From Pseudomonadota bacterium (GTDB taxonomy: Bacteria; Pseudomonadota; Alphaproteobacteria; Geminicoccales; Geminicoccaceae): a stretch of 64,000 bases of DNA. This document shows positions 48,244-59,336 of this stretch, piece after piece. Both the position numbers and the translations under genes were made by a program. The stretch is taken from the NCBI GenBank assembly GCA_030549795.1, contig JAUQQO010000055.1:1436-65435 (forward strand), written 5' to 3'. Every line of letters begins with the position of its first letter. Position 1 is the stretch's first letter. The notes under the pieces were generated by a model that ran no database searches, was not told the origin of the DNA, and saw nothing but the letters and a program-made list of their open reading frames with translations.

Positions 48244-48971
48244 GCGGCCTCCTCCGTGATGATCGTATGCGGACCCTCGCCCAAGAGCACGCGCGGAAAA
48301 GACCCCGGCGCTCGCACTTTGAAGACGATGATCGGGATGCGGCTCTCGCGCGCGAGCGCGATCGCCGATGCGTCCATGACTTTGAGGTCTTTAGCCAGGA
48401 CTTCGAGATAGGTGAGCCGATCGTAACGGCGGGCCGTGGGGTCGCGCTTGGGATCGGCGGAATAGACTCCGTCGACCTGGGTGCCCTTGAGGATACAGTC
48501 ACATCCCGTCTCTGCCGCGCGCAACGCAGCGGCGGTATCGGTGGTGAAGAACGGATTGCCGGTACCGGCAGCGAAGATGACGATCCGCCCCTTTTCCATG
48601 TGCCGCACGGCACGGCGGCGGATGTAGGGCTCGCACACCGCCGCCATGGGAATGGCGGACATCACACGGGTGGGGATTCCGGTCTGCTGCTCGATGACGC
48701 TTTGAACGGCGAGCGCGTTGATGATCGTCGCCAGCATGCCCATGTAATCGGCGGTCGCACGCTCCACTCCTGCTGCGGCGAGAGTGCTGCCCCGTATGAT
48801 GTTGCCACCGCCGATCACCAGACAAACTTGCACGCCCAAGGCGTGAACCGCCGCCACATCACGCGCCAACTGTTGCAGGACTTCGCGGTCGTGGCCGTAT
48901 TCACGCTCGCCCAAGAGCGCTTCGCCCGACATCTTGAGAAGCACGCGTCGAAAGCGGAGGCTCGAGCTCAT
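48240..48971 (-). CDS. pyrH: UMP kinase
   Basis: [23 protein letters not shown] and [23 protein letters not shown] at 48971. The track ORF is extended. Confidence 0.95.
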   Translation of the reverse strand: MSSSLRFRRVLLKMSGEALLGEREYGHDREVLQQLARDVAAVHALGVQVCLVIGGGNIIRGSTLAAAGVERATADYMGMLATIINALAVQSVIEQQTGIPTRVMSAIPMAAVCEPYIRRRAVRHMEKGRIVIFAAGTGNPFFTTDTAAALRAAETGCDCILKGTQVDGVYSADPKRDPTARRYDRLTYLEVLAKDLKVMDASAIALARESRIPIIVFKVRAPGSFPRVLLGEGPHTIITEEAA

Positions 48972-49017
48972 CGAGCCGGTCCTCTCAAGGGCCATGGGCG
49001 AGCGCTCCCGAACCGCT

Positions 49018-49944
49018 TTAGGAGCCCGCGAGTTTGGCGACTTCGGCAGCCAGGTCGGTGGTCTCCTTCTCGATCCCTTCGCCGAGCTGCATGCGCACAA
49101 AACCAGCAACCGTGATCGGACTGCCGGCGGCTTTGGCGGCAGCTGCGACCACCTCCCGGACCCGTTTGTTCGGATCCATCACGAACGGCTGCTCCATGAG
49201 CACGGATTCTTCATAGAATTTCTTCAGGCGGCCCTCGACCATTTTCTCGACGATGTTCTCGGGCTTGCCCGAAGCCCGCGCCTGCTCGAGGAAGATCGAC
49301 CGCTCGCGTGCTACCACCGCGGGATCGAGAGCCGCGATCTCGATCGCAAGCGGATTGGCAGCAGCGATGTGCATGGCGAGCTGCTTGCCGAGCTCGACGA
49401 GCGCCGCGGGTTCGGCTTCAGAAGCAAGGGCGACCAGCACACCGAGCTTGCCGAGGCCGACGGCCACCTGGTTGTGCAGATAGCCGGCGACCAATCCGCG
49501 CTCGACTTCGAGAAAAGCGGTGCGGCGGAGCACGAGGTTCTCGCCAATTACCGCCACCGCCTGGGTGATCTCGTCCGCCACCGTGCGGCCGGTAGCCGAG
49601 ATCACCATGTGTTTTAAGGCTTCGAGATCGCCGCGCGCACCGAGCGCAAGACCAGCGATATGCCGGACCAGTGCTTGGAAGGTCTCGTTGCGGGCGACGA
49701 AATCGGTCTCGGAATTGACCTCGACGAGGGCGCCTAGAGTGCCCTCCACGCGCATGCCGATAAGACCCTCGGCCGCCACCCGCCCGGCTTTCTTGGCGGC
49801 GGTAGCAAGGCCTTTTTTACGCAGCCAATCGGTCGCCGCCTCGAGATCACCGTTGGTCTCTTCAAGCGCGCGCTTGCAGTCCATCATTCCGGCGCCGGTC
49901 CGCTCGCGCAGCTGCTTAACGAGAGAAGGTGAGATCGCACTCAT
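49018..49944 (-). CDS. tsf: Translation elongation factor Ts
   Basis: [42 protein letters not shown]. 308 aa. Confidence 0.97.
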   Translation of the reverse strand: MSAISPSLVKQLRERTGAGMMDCKRALEETNGDLEAATDWLRKKGLATAAKKAGRVAAEGLIGMRVEGTLGALVEVNSETDFVARNETFQALVRHIAGLALGARGDLEALKHMVISATGRTVADEITQAVAVIGENLVLRRTAFLEVERGLVAGYLHNQVAVGLGKLGVLVALASEAEPAALVELGKQLAMHIAAANPLAIEIAALDPAVVARERSIFLEQARASGKPENIVEKMVEGRLKKFYEESVLMEQPFVMDPNKRVREVVAAAAKAAGSPITVAGFVRMQLGEGIEKETTDLAAEVAKLAGS

Positions 49945-50021
49945 GATCCATCCAATCGCGCTTGCGCCGAGTCCAGCCAGCTACGCGCGGACCCGGCCGG
50001 ATGCGGGGTCTCGAACAGGTT

Positions 50022-50822
<801 letters not shown>

Positions 50823-51000
50823 CGCCCTGTGATCCGTTTTTCCGGTTGATCCGCCGCGGGTGAGCACCCGGTCACAGCCGGGCACCGGAAACGGGGCGCA
50901 CAATGCCGCCCGCACCCGCGTGAGAGGTCCGCCGGTATTTACGTTCGCCTTCGCCCGCTTGCAAGCGCCCCGCCTGCGCGAGCACAGGAGATGCTTCTGC

Positions 51001-52407
51001 TCAGCGCGGGACCAGGCGAAACGGCAGGCGGCGGTCGGGATGCGTGGTGACGACCGCCACCGGCAGGACCCGTTTCGGGCCGGCGAGCCGCAGCTGATAG
51101 CGGGCGAGCAGGACCGCGAGTACCGTCGTCGCCTCGATGAGCGCGAACTGCGCTCCGATACACACCCGCGGGCCGGCCCCGAAGGGCAAATAGGCAAAGC
51201 GATCGATGGCGGGCGCGCCGGGTAGAAAGCGTCGGGGGTCGAAGCGCTCCGGCTCGTCCCACAGCTTGCGATGACGGTGGAGCACCCAAGGTGCGATCAC
51301 GACGAGATCGCCCGGCGCCAAGCGATGCCCAGCGACCTCATCCGGCGCTCTCGCTTCCCGCACGATCGCAAAGGCCGGCGGATAGAGGCGCAAGGCCTCC
51401 TGGACCACTGCGCGCACAACCGGCAGCGCCGCGCGCGGCGCCGCTTCCCCAACAAGGTTCTGAGCGCGCGCTTCCGCTGCCGCCACCTCTTGCACTTCGC
51501 AAGCGAGCGCAAGCAGATAAGCCGACCAAAAGAGCGCCAGAGCCGTGGTCTCGTGGCCGGCGATGAGGAGCGTTGCGAACTGTTCGACGAGCTCTTTTGA
51601 AGAAAAGCCCCGCCCGGTTTCGGGGTCACAAGCGAGCGCGAGCGCATCGAAGAGATCACGCGGCGGGTCTTCGATGCCGCGGGCGCGACGCGTCGCGACG
51701 ATCTCTTCCAGAAGTGCGAACCAGGAGCGGGCGAAGCGTCGGCGCGCGAGTTCAGCCGGTGTCGTCCAGCCGGCAGGAAGGAGAAGGTCGAGGAAGGAGG
51801 GCCGGGCCAAGCCCTCGCCATAGCGCTGCAACAGCGCCCGCAAGCGCGCCGAAAACGGTTCGAGAGAGCAGGAGAAGAGGGCTTCTCCGGCGATCTCGAG
51901 CGTGAGGTGCTGGAAAAAGGCCAAGAGATCGACGACCGATCGCCCCTCGCGCGCAAGGCGATCGAGCGCTCTTTCTGTACGCTTTGCAGCGATGGCGGCG
52001 AGCAGCCCGAGTTGGCGCGGCGCGAACGCCGGGGCGACGACGCGCCGTTGGCGGCGCCAGGCTTCGCCTTCGGCGAGGAACAGACCGTCGCCGATCATCG
52101 GGTGGAGAATGCGCAGCGTCGAGGCGCTGCGGCCATAGGCCTCGGCATTGTCGACCAGCACGTGGCGGATCGCGCCGGGCTCGTTGAGCAACAGGCTCAA
52201 GCGGCCAAGAAAAGGGCCGGCGATCACGAGCTCGCGATAGGCCGGCTCGCCCCAACTCGCGAGCGCGTTGCGACGCAACTGCAAGAAGGTCCGCCACTGT
52301 GGTCGCGGCACCGGAAGCGGTCGCGGCCGCGGCGGCCGCGGCAGGAACCATTCCTCGATAAAGCCGGAACGGAGATCGGAACCTGGCGCCGCAGCCGTGG
52401 CGCTCAC
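51001..52407 (-). CDS. Cytochrome P450
   Basis: Heme-binding [15 protein letters not shown], an EALRLYPP (ExxR region) and an I-helix [10 protein letters not shown]. The GTG at 52407 has GGAGG 6 nt upstream. The track start at 52524 overlaps the neighbouring gene. Confidence 0.9.
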   Translation of the reverse strand: MSATAAAPGSDLRSGFIEEWFLPRPPRPRPLPVPRPQWRTFLQLRRNALASWGEPAYRELVIAGPFLGRLSLLLNEPGAIRHVLVDNAEAYGRSASTLRILHPMIGDGLFLAEGEAWRRQRRVVAPAFAPRQLGLLAAIAAKRTERALDRLAREGRSVVDLLAFFQHLTLEIAGEALFSCSLEPFSARLRALLQRYGEGLARPSFLDLLLPAGWTTPAELARRRFARSWFALLEEIVATRRARGIEDPPRDLFDALALACDPETGRGFSSKELVEQFATLLIAGHETTALALFWSAYLLALACEVQEVAAAEARAQNLVGEAAPRAALPVVRAVVQEALRLYPPAFAIVREARAPDEVAGHRLAPGDLVVIAPWVLHRHRKLWDEPERFDPRRFLPGAPAIDRFAYLPFGAGPRVCIGAQFALIEATTVLAVLLARYQLRLAGPKRVLPVAVVTTHPDRRLPFRLVPR

Positions 52408-52483
52408 CTCAAGGCCTCCTTTTACGCAGCTGTTCTTCACCACACGAAGACGGACCGCCCTCGAGCCTTCGCTCGCAGCTGGC

Positions 52484-53140
52484 TTAAAGATCGAGGATGA
52501 GGTCGAAACGGCCGAAGAGCGCACCGGGCTCGAGCGTATCGGCGGGAAGGAGCGTTACGGTAAGCGCTGTGCGGTCGCGCGGATCGCGAAGCGAACGGTA
52601 AAGGAAATCGCGCTCATTTAAGGGCTCGCCTGCAACGTACATCTGGGTGATGAAGCGCATCCGTCGCGGGATGAGGACGGCGAAATGGATGTGCGGGGTT
52701 CGACCGGGATAGGGAACCGGGCGGATGGTTCGAAAGCGATAGCCGCCCTTTTGATCGACGAGCGTGCGGCCATAACCCTGGAAACCGGGATCGGCCAACT
52801 CTTGGTGCGGAGCGCGCGGATGGCGGTAGATACCGTGCGCATCGCACTGCCAGATCTCAACCAGCGCTTCTGGAACCGGCCGCCCCCAACGGTCGAGAAC
52901 CCGCCCCTCGAGGTGGAGGATCGTACCAAGAGCTTGCGCCGCTTGGCCACGGACGCGAACGAGGTCGTTGTCGTGATCGTCGGGCAGCGCAGTCGGATAA
53001 AACGGCCCTTCGGTCTGCGCTGGCGTCGGTCGAAGCGGGCTTAGAGCCGATGCTGGGGACACTTTTGCGAGAGCGGTCAGGGTGAAGGCGGCGCCGGTGG
53101 CAACCATCTCGCGGCGGGAAACACGTTTCGCGCACTCCAT
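52484..53140 (-). CDS. Secreted intradiol ring-cleavage dioxygenase family protein
   Basis: Twin-arginine-like signal SRREMVATGAAFTLTAL, QTEGPFYP, and YPGRTPHIHFAV (dioxygenase_C type). Confidence 0.8.
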   Translation of the reverse strand: MECAKRVSRREMVATGAAFTLTALAKVSPASALSPLRPTPAQTEGPFYPTALPDDHDNDLVRVRGQAAQALGTILHLEGRVLDRWGRPVPEALVEIWQCDAHGIYRHPRAPHQELADPGFQGYGRTLVDQKGGYRFRTIRPVPYPGRTPHIHFAVLIPRRMRFITQMYVAGEPLNERDFLYRSLRDPRDRTALTVTLLPADTLEPGALFGRFDLILDL

Positions 53141-53376
53141 CGACGTCTCCTCGTTCCCGATCGAGTAGAACGCAATGATAGGACGGGCACGAGCCGGGAA
53201 AAGCCCAAAGACGCGCGAGGGCTGCTGAGCGGGCCCGACAGGCGCACCTCCAGCTCGCCCGATCGGTGCAGCACGCGGCGCTAGCGGCTCACGTACCGAT
53301 GCTCACAAGCTCACCTGTTCGAGCTGTTTTGGCCCTTTGCGCCTTTAAGCGCTGTTTTGGGTGCAGAATGCTGCGC

Positions 53377-53877
53377 TCAGCGGTGCTTCAAGTCGGGTAA
53401 GAGTTCGCGGCAGCGCTCGATGTGCTCGATGCGACCGACCGCGCCCTCAAGGAAACGGCTAAGCCCGAGCTGATCATTTTCGAGCACCACCGCCTCAACC
53501 TTGAGCCGGCAGCGCGCAGCGTCGAGGAGGCCGCGGGCGCGCACCTGAGCCGTATGGTCGAAGAGCGTCACTTCCGAGCCCAGAAGCCCGCCCAATCCGG
53601 CGGGAACGGTCTGGACGTGGCGGCTGCGCAGGCTCGCTTCGCCCTCGACGCGAAAACGCTCGCCGCCAAGGGGCAGCACCGTAACCCGGCGCAGCCGCGC
53701 CTCGCGCCGGTTGCCCTGGCAGAAGCGGGCGCAAGCCGCATCGAGCTTGGCAACGAGATCGGGACGAGCGCGGATGCGATCGGTGATGTCGATGGCGCGC
53801 TCGGCGAAGGCGAAGCGCGCTGCAAGCGTAAGCAGCATCAGCGCGAGTGCGACGCCGGCGCGCTCAATGCGCCTCAC
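53377..53877 (-). CDS. Hypothetical exported protein
   Basis: GTG start at 53877. N-terminal signal GVALALMLLTLAARFAFA. Overlaps the polA stop by 14 nt (co-transcription likely). I recognise no family motif. Confidence 0.5.
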   Translation of the reverse strand: MRRIERAGVALALMLLTLAARFAFAERAIDITDRIRARPDLVAKLDAACARFCQGNRREARLRRVTVLPLGGERFRVEGEASLRSRHVQTVPAGLGGLLGSEVTLFDHTAQVRARGLLDAARCRLKVEAVVLENDQLGLSRFLEGAVGRIEHIERCRELLPDLKHR

Positions 53878-56593
53878 CCCAGTTCTTCCCGACCCCGGTT
53901 TCGACGACGAGCGGCACCGAGAGCTGTGCTGCTCCCTCCATCACCCGTTTGACGAGCGCCGCAAGGGCGGCGACCTCCGCCTCGGGGACCTCGAACAGCA
54001 GCTCGTCGTGTACCTGCAGGAGCATGCGCGCCTTCGATCCCTCGCGCTCGAGGGCGCGCGCGACGCGGATCATCGCCCGCTTCATGATGTCGGCGGCAGT
54101 GCCCTGGATGGGCGCGTTGATCGCCTGGCGTTCCGCGTAGCCCCGACGCGAGGGAAGTCGGCTGTTGATATCCTGGATCCAGCACCGCCGGCCGAAAAGG
54201 GTGGTGACATAGCCTTTCTCGCGCGCCTCGGCCTTGGCTCGCTCCATATAGTCGCGAATACCAGGATACTGCTCGAAGTAGCGATCGATATAGGCCTTGG
54301 CCTCGGCCTGCGGGATTCCCAGCCGTTGCGAGAGACCATAGGCACCGATGCCGTAGACGATGCCGTAGTTGATGGTCTTGGCCGAACGCCGCAGCTCGGG
54401 GCCGACTTCCGAGATCGGCACTTTGAACATTTGGGAAGCGGTGAGCGCATGGATGTCGAGGTTCTCTGCGAACGCCCGCTTTAAGGGTTCGATGTCGGCG
54501 ATGTGCGCGAGGATCCTGAGTTCGATCTGCGAATAGTCGGCCGAGAGCAAGAGATGCCCCGGTTCGGCAACGAAAGCCTCGCGGATGCGCCGGCCCTCTT
54601 GGGTGCGAATGGGAATATTTTGCAAATTGGGCTCGGAAGAGGAAAGGCGCCCGGTGTTCGTCGCAGCCAGCATATAGGCCGTGTGGACGCGCTTGGTCTT
54701 GGGGTCGATTTGCTCGAGAAGCGCATCCGTATAAGTTCGGGTGAGTTTTTGTAGCTGCCGCCACTCGAGGATCACGCGCGGCAATTCGTGTCCTTGCGCG
54801 GCCAGTTCTTCGAGAACTTCGGCGCCGGTGGCGTAGGCGCCGGTCTTGGTCTTGCGGCCGGGCCCACCCAGGCCCAGCTCGTCGAACAGCACCTCCCCGA
54901 GCTGCTTGGGGGAGCCCAAGTTGAACGGGCGGCCGGCGAGCTGGATCGCTTTGGCCTCGAGCTCGGCCATCTCTCGGCCGAACTCGGCCGAGAGCGCGCG
55001 CAATCGGGCGGCGTCGACCTTGACGCCGGCCTGCTCCATCGCCGCGATGATGGGAGGCAGGGGCCGCTCGATCCGCTCGTAGAGGGTAAGTAGACGCTCC
55101 TCGCGCAGGCGCGGGCGCATCGCCAACCACAGCCTGAGCGTCACTTCGGCGTCCTCGGCGGCATAGTCGGTGGCGCGCTCGATCGCCACCCGCTCGAAAC
55201 CGATCGCCTGCGCGCCCTTGCCGCACACCGCCTCGTAGGGAATGGTCTCGTAGTCGAGCCAGCGTTTGGCGAGCTCGTCGAGGCCGTGCCCGTGGCGCCC
55301 GCCATCGAGCACGTAGGAGATCAAGAGCGTGTCGTCGAACGGCGCGATGTGCGGGCAGCCGGCGCGCGCGAGCACCGTGAGGTCGTATTTGATGTTGTGT
55401 CCGATCTTGAGGACCGAGGGGTCCTCGAGAACGGGACGCAAGCGCGCGAAGACCGCAGCAGGCTCGAGTTGGCCCGGAACCAGAGCACCGAAGGCGTCGC
55501 GGTGGCCAAGAGGCACATAGAAGGCCTGCTCGGGCTCGACCGCTAGGGCCACGCCCACGAGCTCGGCTTTCATGACGTCGAGTGCGGTCGTCTCGGTGTC
55601 GATGGCGAGCCGCCCGAGCTCACGGGCCCGCGCGAGCACCGCTTCGAGCGCGGAAAGCGTGGTGATCGTCACCCGCCGGCCGGCGGTGGCCTGCGCCTGC
55701 GCCTTGCGACGCTCGGCTTCCGCTGCCTTGGCGAGCTCTTCGATGCGCCCGACGAGCGAGCGGAAGCCGTTGGCGCGACAGAAGGCCAAGAGCTCGTGCG
55801 GGTCGAACGGTTGGCGGTGGAGGTCTTCGACCGCAACGGGTAAGGGGACGCGGTCCTCGAGCCCCACGAGTCGGAAGGAAAGTCGCGCATCCTCGGCGTG
55901 GCGGGCGAGCGTTTCGCGCCGTTTGGGCTGCTCGATGCGCTCGAGATTGGCGAGCAGCTCCTCAAGCGAGCCGAACCGTTCCAAGAGTTGCGCCGCGGTC
56001 TTGGGTCCCACCCCCGGTACCCCCGGCACATTGTCGGAGCTGTCGCCGGTGAGGGCCAAAAGGTCGCGCAGCTTCTCCGGAGGGACCCCGAATCGTTCGA
56101 TCACCGCCGCGCGGTCGATGGGTTTTTGTTTCAAGGGGTCCCACATCGCGACCCCGGGACCAATGAGCTGCATGAGGTCCTTATCGGAAGAGACGATCAG
56201 GACCTCTTTTCCCTTCTCGCGGGCAGCGCGCACAAAAGAAGCGATGACATCATCCGCCTCGAAGCCCTCGAGTTCGACCACCGGGAGCCCGAAGGCGCGT
56301 GCCGCTTCGCGCACGAGTGGGAACTGGACGACGAGTTCGCGGGGCGCTTCTTCGCGATTGGCCTTGTAAGGCGCGTAGATCTCGTTCCTGAAGCTCTTCT
56401 TGCCGGCGTCGAAGACGACGACGATCGGCTCCTTAGGATGCTCTTGGAGGAGCTTCCAGAGCATGTTGGTGAAACCGAAGACAGCGTTCACGGGCGTGCC
56501 GTCGGGCCGCGTAAGCGGCGGCAACGCGAAGAAGGCCCGGTAGATGTAGCCCGAGCCGTCAACCAGGATGAGCTTCGGCTTCGCTTCGGCCAT
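53864..56593 (-). CDS. polA: DNA polymerase I
   Basis: 909 aa. 5'-nuclease LILVDGSGYIYRAFFAL and GDSSDNVPGVPGVGPKTA. 3'-5' exo region IDTETTALD. Polymerase motifs LLSADYSQIELRILAH, RRSAKTINYGIVYG and LLQVHDELLFE. Confidence 0.97.
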   Translation of the reverse strand: MAEAKPKLILVDGSGYIYRAFFALPPLTRPDGTPVNAVFGFTNMLWKLLQEHPKEPIVVVFDAGKKSFRNEIYAPYKANREEAPRELVVQFPLVREAARAFGLPVVELEGFEADDVIASFVRAAREKGKEVLIVSSDKDLMQLIGPGVAMWDPLKQKPIDRAAVIERFGVPPEKLRDLLALTGDSSDNVPGVPGVGPKTAAQLLERFGSLEELLANLERIEQPKRRETLARHAEDARLSFRLVGLEDRVPLPVAVEDLHRQPFDPHELLAFCRANGFRSLVGRIEELAKAAEAERRKAQAQATAGRRVTITTLSALEAVLARARELGRLAIDTETTALDVMKAELVGVALAVEPEQAFYVPLGHRDAFGALVPGQLEPAAVFARLRPVLEDPSVLKIGHNIKYDLTVLARAGCPHIAPFDDTLLISYVLDGGRHGHGLDELAKRWLDYETIPYEAVCGKGAQAIGFERVAIERATDYAAEDAEVTLRLWLAMRPRLREERLLTLYERIERPLPPIIAAMEQAGVKVDAARLRALSAEFGREMAELEAKAIQLAGRPFNLGSPKQLGEVLFDELGLGGPGRKTKTGAYATGAEVLEELAAQGHELPRVILEWRQLQKLTRTYTDALLEQIDPKTKRVHTAYMLAATNTGRLSSSEPNLQNIPIRTQEGRRIREAFVAEPGHLLLSADYSQIELRILAHIADIEPLKRAFAENLDIHALTASQMFKVPISEVGPELRRSAKTINYGIVYGIGAYGLSQRLGIPQAEAKAYIDRYFEQYPGIRDYMERAKAEAREKGYVTTLFGRRCWIQDINSRLPSRRGYAERQAINAPIQGTAADIMKRAMIRVARALEREGSKARMLLQVHDELLFEVPEAEVAALAALVKRVMEGAAQLSVPLVVETGVGKNWGEAH

Positions 56594-56829
56594 GGCGAAA
56601 GCCTAGCGCGAGCTTCCGGCTTCGACCATCCCGAGCCCTTTAAAGCGCGCGCGATGGCGGCGTTTGTGCGCGCTACGACCACCTCTGCCGCTGCGCTCGG
56701 TGTGACGATCGGCGCATGGAGGGCACGCTCGAGCCGCAGCTCAGGCCGCTTTGCGGCGAAGCCGCCTCCGTGCTCGCCCCCTCGGATGCCCCTACCCGGG
56801 CGGGACCGGCGGCAACAACGCAGCGCTGC

Positions 56830-57552
56830 TCACCGAGCGGGTGCCGCCTCGAGCTGGGCCAGGATCGCTTCGGCCGCGGCCACGGGATCCGAGGCCGCCG
56901 TAATTGGCCGACCGACGACGATGAGATCGGCTCCGGCTGCGCGCGCTTGAGAGGGCGAAGCGGTGCGCTTTTGATCGCCCAAACCACTCTGCTCGGGGCG
57001 AATGCCGGGCACGACGAGGATGGGCTCGGGCCCGACCGCGGCGCGGATCGCCGCGATTTCCGCAGGTGAACAGACGATCCCCTCGATCCCGCAGGCAACC
57101 GCAAGGCGCGCGAGGTGAACCGCTTGCGCGAGCGGTTCGCGTTCGATGCCGATGGCGGCGAGATCCTCGCCGTCGAGGCTGGTTAAGACGGTGACCGCGA
57201 GCAGGCGCATGGAGGAATTGGCGCTGCGCGCCGCTTCCGCAGCGGCGCGCAGCATGGCGGGGCCGCCGGAAGCGTGGACCGTCAGGAGCGCAGGGCCGAG
57301 CACGGCGGCGCGTCGGACCGCGGCGGCAACGGTGTTCGGGATGTCGTGGAGCTTGAGATCGAGGAAGATCGGCGTGCGCAAGGCCGTGAAGGCGCGAACC
57401 GCAGCAGGCCCTTCGGCCACGAACAGCTCGAGCCCGAGCTTAAAGCAGCCTGCGACCCCCCGCAGCCTGTGCGCGAGCGAAAGTGCGCTTGCGAGATCCG
57501 GCCGGTCGATCGCGACCACAAGGGGATTGGCAAAGCCGGCGGGCAGCGGCAC
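56830..57552 (-). CDS. pyrF: Orotidine 5'-phosphate decarboxylase
   Basis: LVVAIDRPD, FLDLKLHDIPNTV and LIVVGRPI. GTG start. Confidence 0.93.
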   Translation of the reverse strand: MPLPAGFANPLVVAIDRPDLASALSLAHRLRGVAGCFKLGLELFVAEGPAAVRAFTALRTPIFLDLKLHDIPNTVAAAVRRAAVLGPALLTVHASGGPAMLRAAAEAARSANSSMRLLAVTVLTSLDGEDLAAIGIEREPLAQAVHLARLAVACGIEGIVCSPAEIAAIRAAVGPEPILVVPGIRPEQSGLGDQKRTASPSQARAAGADLIVVGRPITAASDPVAAAEAILAQLEAAPAR

Positions 57553-57579
57553 GGATCAAGCCTCCTTGGGTGGCTCGGA

Positions 57580-58338
57580 TCAGGCGCGACGGCGTACCGT
57601 AGAGGGGCCCTCCGCTTCCGCGCGGCGCGCGCGGCCGCGGCCGGCGCGCTTGGCCGCATAAAGAGCCGCGTCCGCGCGCGAGAAGAGGCCGTCGAGATCA
57701 AGACCGGGCTCGAGAACGGCAAGCCCGGCGCTCACGCTCAACGGTACCCGCTCCCCACCGCGCTCGAAGTCCAACAAGCGGACGGCCGAGACGATGCGCT
57801 CGGCCACGAGCGCCGCTTCGTCGGGCGCCGCCCCGTCGAGCAGAACGGCGAACTCTTCCCCGCCGATACGGCCGACGACATCGGAGCGCCGGGTCGCCGC
57901 GAGCAGGGTGCGCGCGATCAGCCGTAGCGCCTCGTCTCCCGCGGCATGTCCATAAGAGTCGTTGATGCTCTTGAAGTGGTCGGCGTCCAACACGAGGAGC
58001 GTGAGCGGACGGGAACTGCGCCGCGCGCGTTGGATCGCGGCTTCCGCGGCCTCAAAGAAGGCCCGGCGGTTGAGAAGCCCGGTCATCGAATCGCGCCGCG
58101 CCAATTCCTCGAGCTCGAGCTTGGCGCGCGCAAGGCGCCGCAGGAGCTCCAAAAGGTAGGCCACCATGGGGCCGGCCATCACGATCGGCGCCGCACCGGC
58201 GAAGGCGAGCCAAAAGGGATCGATCGGATCCTCGCGCAGATGGGCCACGGTAGCGAACAGCCCCATCGAGGCGAGCGAGGAGAGCCCGCTCGCGATGAGC
58301 GTTCCGAGCACCACATCGCGTCCTCGACGGACGAGCAT
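57580..58338 (-). CDS. Membrane-anchored diguanylate cyclase (GGDEF domain)
   Basis: Two or more N-terminal hydrophobic helices, then DSMTGLLNRRAF, LLVLDADHFKSINDSYGH and RIGGEEFAVLL (intact GGEEF, with RRSD at the I-site position). ATG at 58338; the track TTG start is at 58410. Confidence 0.88.
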   Translation of the reverse strand: MLVRRGRDVVLGTLIASGLSSLASMGLFATVAHLREDPIDPFWLAFAGAAPIVMAGPMVAYLLELLRRLARAKLELEELARRDSMTGLLNRRAFFEAAEAAIQRARRSSRPLTLLVLDADHFKSINDSYGHAAGDEALRLIARTLLAATRRSDVVGRIGGEEFAVLLDGAAPDEAALVAERIVSAVRLLDFERGGERVPLSVSAGLAVLEPGLDLDGLFSRADAALYAAKRAGRGRARRAEAEGPSTVRRRA

Positions 58339-59162
58339 CGACCCCCCGCCACTCGGCCCAGCCTTGATCCTATAACGCGAACCGGCCCTTGGCCACAGTC
58401 GCCCGAGCAACCGTGGCGTGAGGGAATCCCGCTACGCTCCTACTTCGGACTGTCGACAGCGTGCCAATCCCGCCCGGCCCGGCTTCTGCCCTGCGCGTCT
58501 CGCTCGCAGCCGCTGCCCCGGGCTCTCGGCACGGAGGGCAGCCGGTGCCCGTGGCGCCTCGCGCGCCTTTGCTGCAGGTGCGCCAAGGCCAACCCGTTTA
58601 CGCTCGGGTGCGCGAAGCGTTTCGCTCGTGAAAAGCGGCCTTCCGCTAAGCGGGTCATTGACCCGATCGGCCGCGGCGCGCATGGAGCGCCGATCGGCAG
58701 GCTGCGTTTTTCGTCGATGAGCGGCTCCTCGATCGCTTGCTCGAAGGCGGCGGGCTTGCGCGCGGCGCTTGGGATCTCGTCGCGCGCACCGGAGCCTCTC
58801 CCCTCGAGAGTGAAAGCACATGCCCTGCGCCCCGCGCGGATGGCTTCTGGGCATGTTGGGGCCGCAACGGGTGGGCCCTTTGTGCGCTTGCGCGCGCGTC
58901 GGCCCCGAGGGGCCGCGGTTCGCCATCGCACCGGGGTAGAGCGCCTTCTGTGATGTTCGCCGTTCGGACGAGTGATTGCCGCCTGCGGGCAAGACTTGCG
59001 GCAGTGGCTTCGGCTTTGCGCGATTTGCTTTTCGACACAAGCGCGATATTGGCGCTCTTCAGACGAAAAGGGGAACCTAGATGGAACAGGCTTCGTTCTT
59101 TACACGATTATGCTTGGTTTGTCCACCTGAGGCTACGACCGAATCCGAGATTTTCTGTGTCT

Positions 59163-59177
59163 ATGCTAGGCTAGCAT
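59163..59177. promoter_or_regulatory. Perfect palindrome ATGCTAG-G-CTAGCAT in the AT-richer region upstream of kamA; candidate operator
   Basis: 7-bp arms around a single central G. Sits in the only AT-rich patch (about 59040-59260) of a 0.9-kb gene-less interval, about 160 nt upstream of the kamA ATG. Confidence 0.3.
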
Positions 59178-59336
59178 GAGCAATGGCGCAATTTCCCTAA
59201 TATTCGCGCATCCGGTATTGGACGAGTGCTGAATTCGCAGACGTGATCCGCAATCGTCGCTTGCAAGTTCTCTTGGCGGCCATATAACCCCTGCGGACCG
59301 GCGCACGGTCGCGTCGGCTGCATTTCGGGGGACGGC

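Noticed and set aside
50823-51197. Long N-terminal extensions of track ORFs. Examples: rpsB to 51197, rseP to 45281, panE-like to 14767, sugar dehydrogenase from 15815, cdsA to 47238, pyrH to 49109, ureA to 26526, ureF to 23781.
   Set aside because: The extensions overlap upstream genes, are Arg/Pro/Ser-rich, and precede the well-known conserved N-termini (for example [20 protein letters not shown] for S2). Internal starts with an RBS or stop/start overlap fit better.
58440-58931. A 163-aa minus-strand ORF in the gene-less interval, with a short protein-like segment.
   Set aside because: Most of the translation is an Arg-rich low-complexity sequence, several rare codons occur, and there is no motif. 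It is reported only as a possible gene remnant in the findings.
59180-59336. Possible lysine riboswitch (L-box) in the kamA leader.
   Set aside because: I could not recognise the conserved L-box core helices or motifs by eye. An Rfam scan would be needed. No claim is made.
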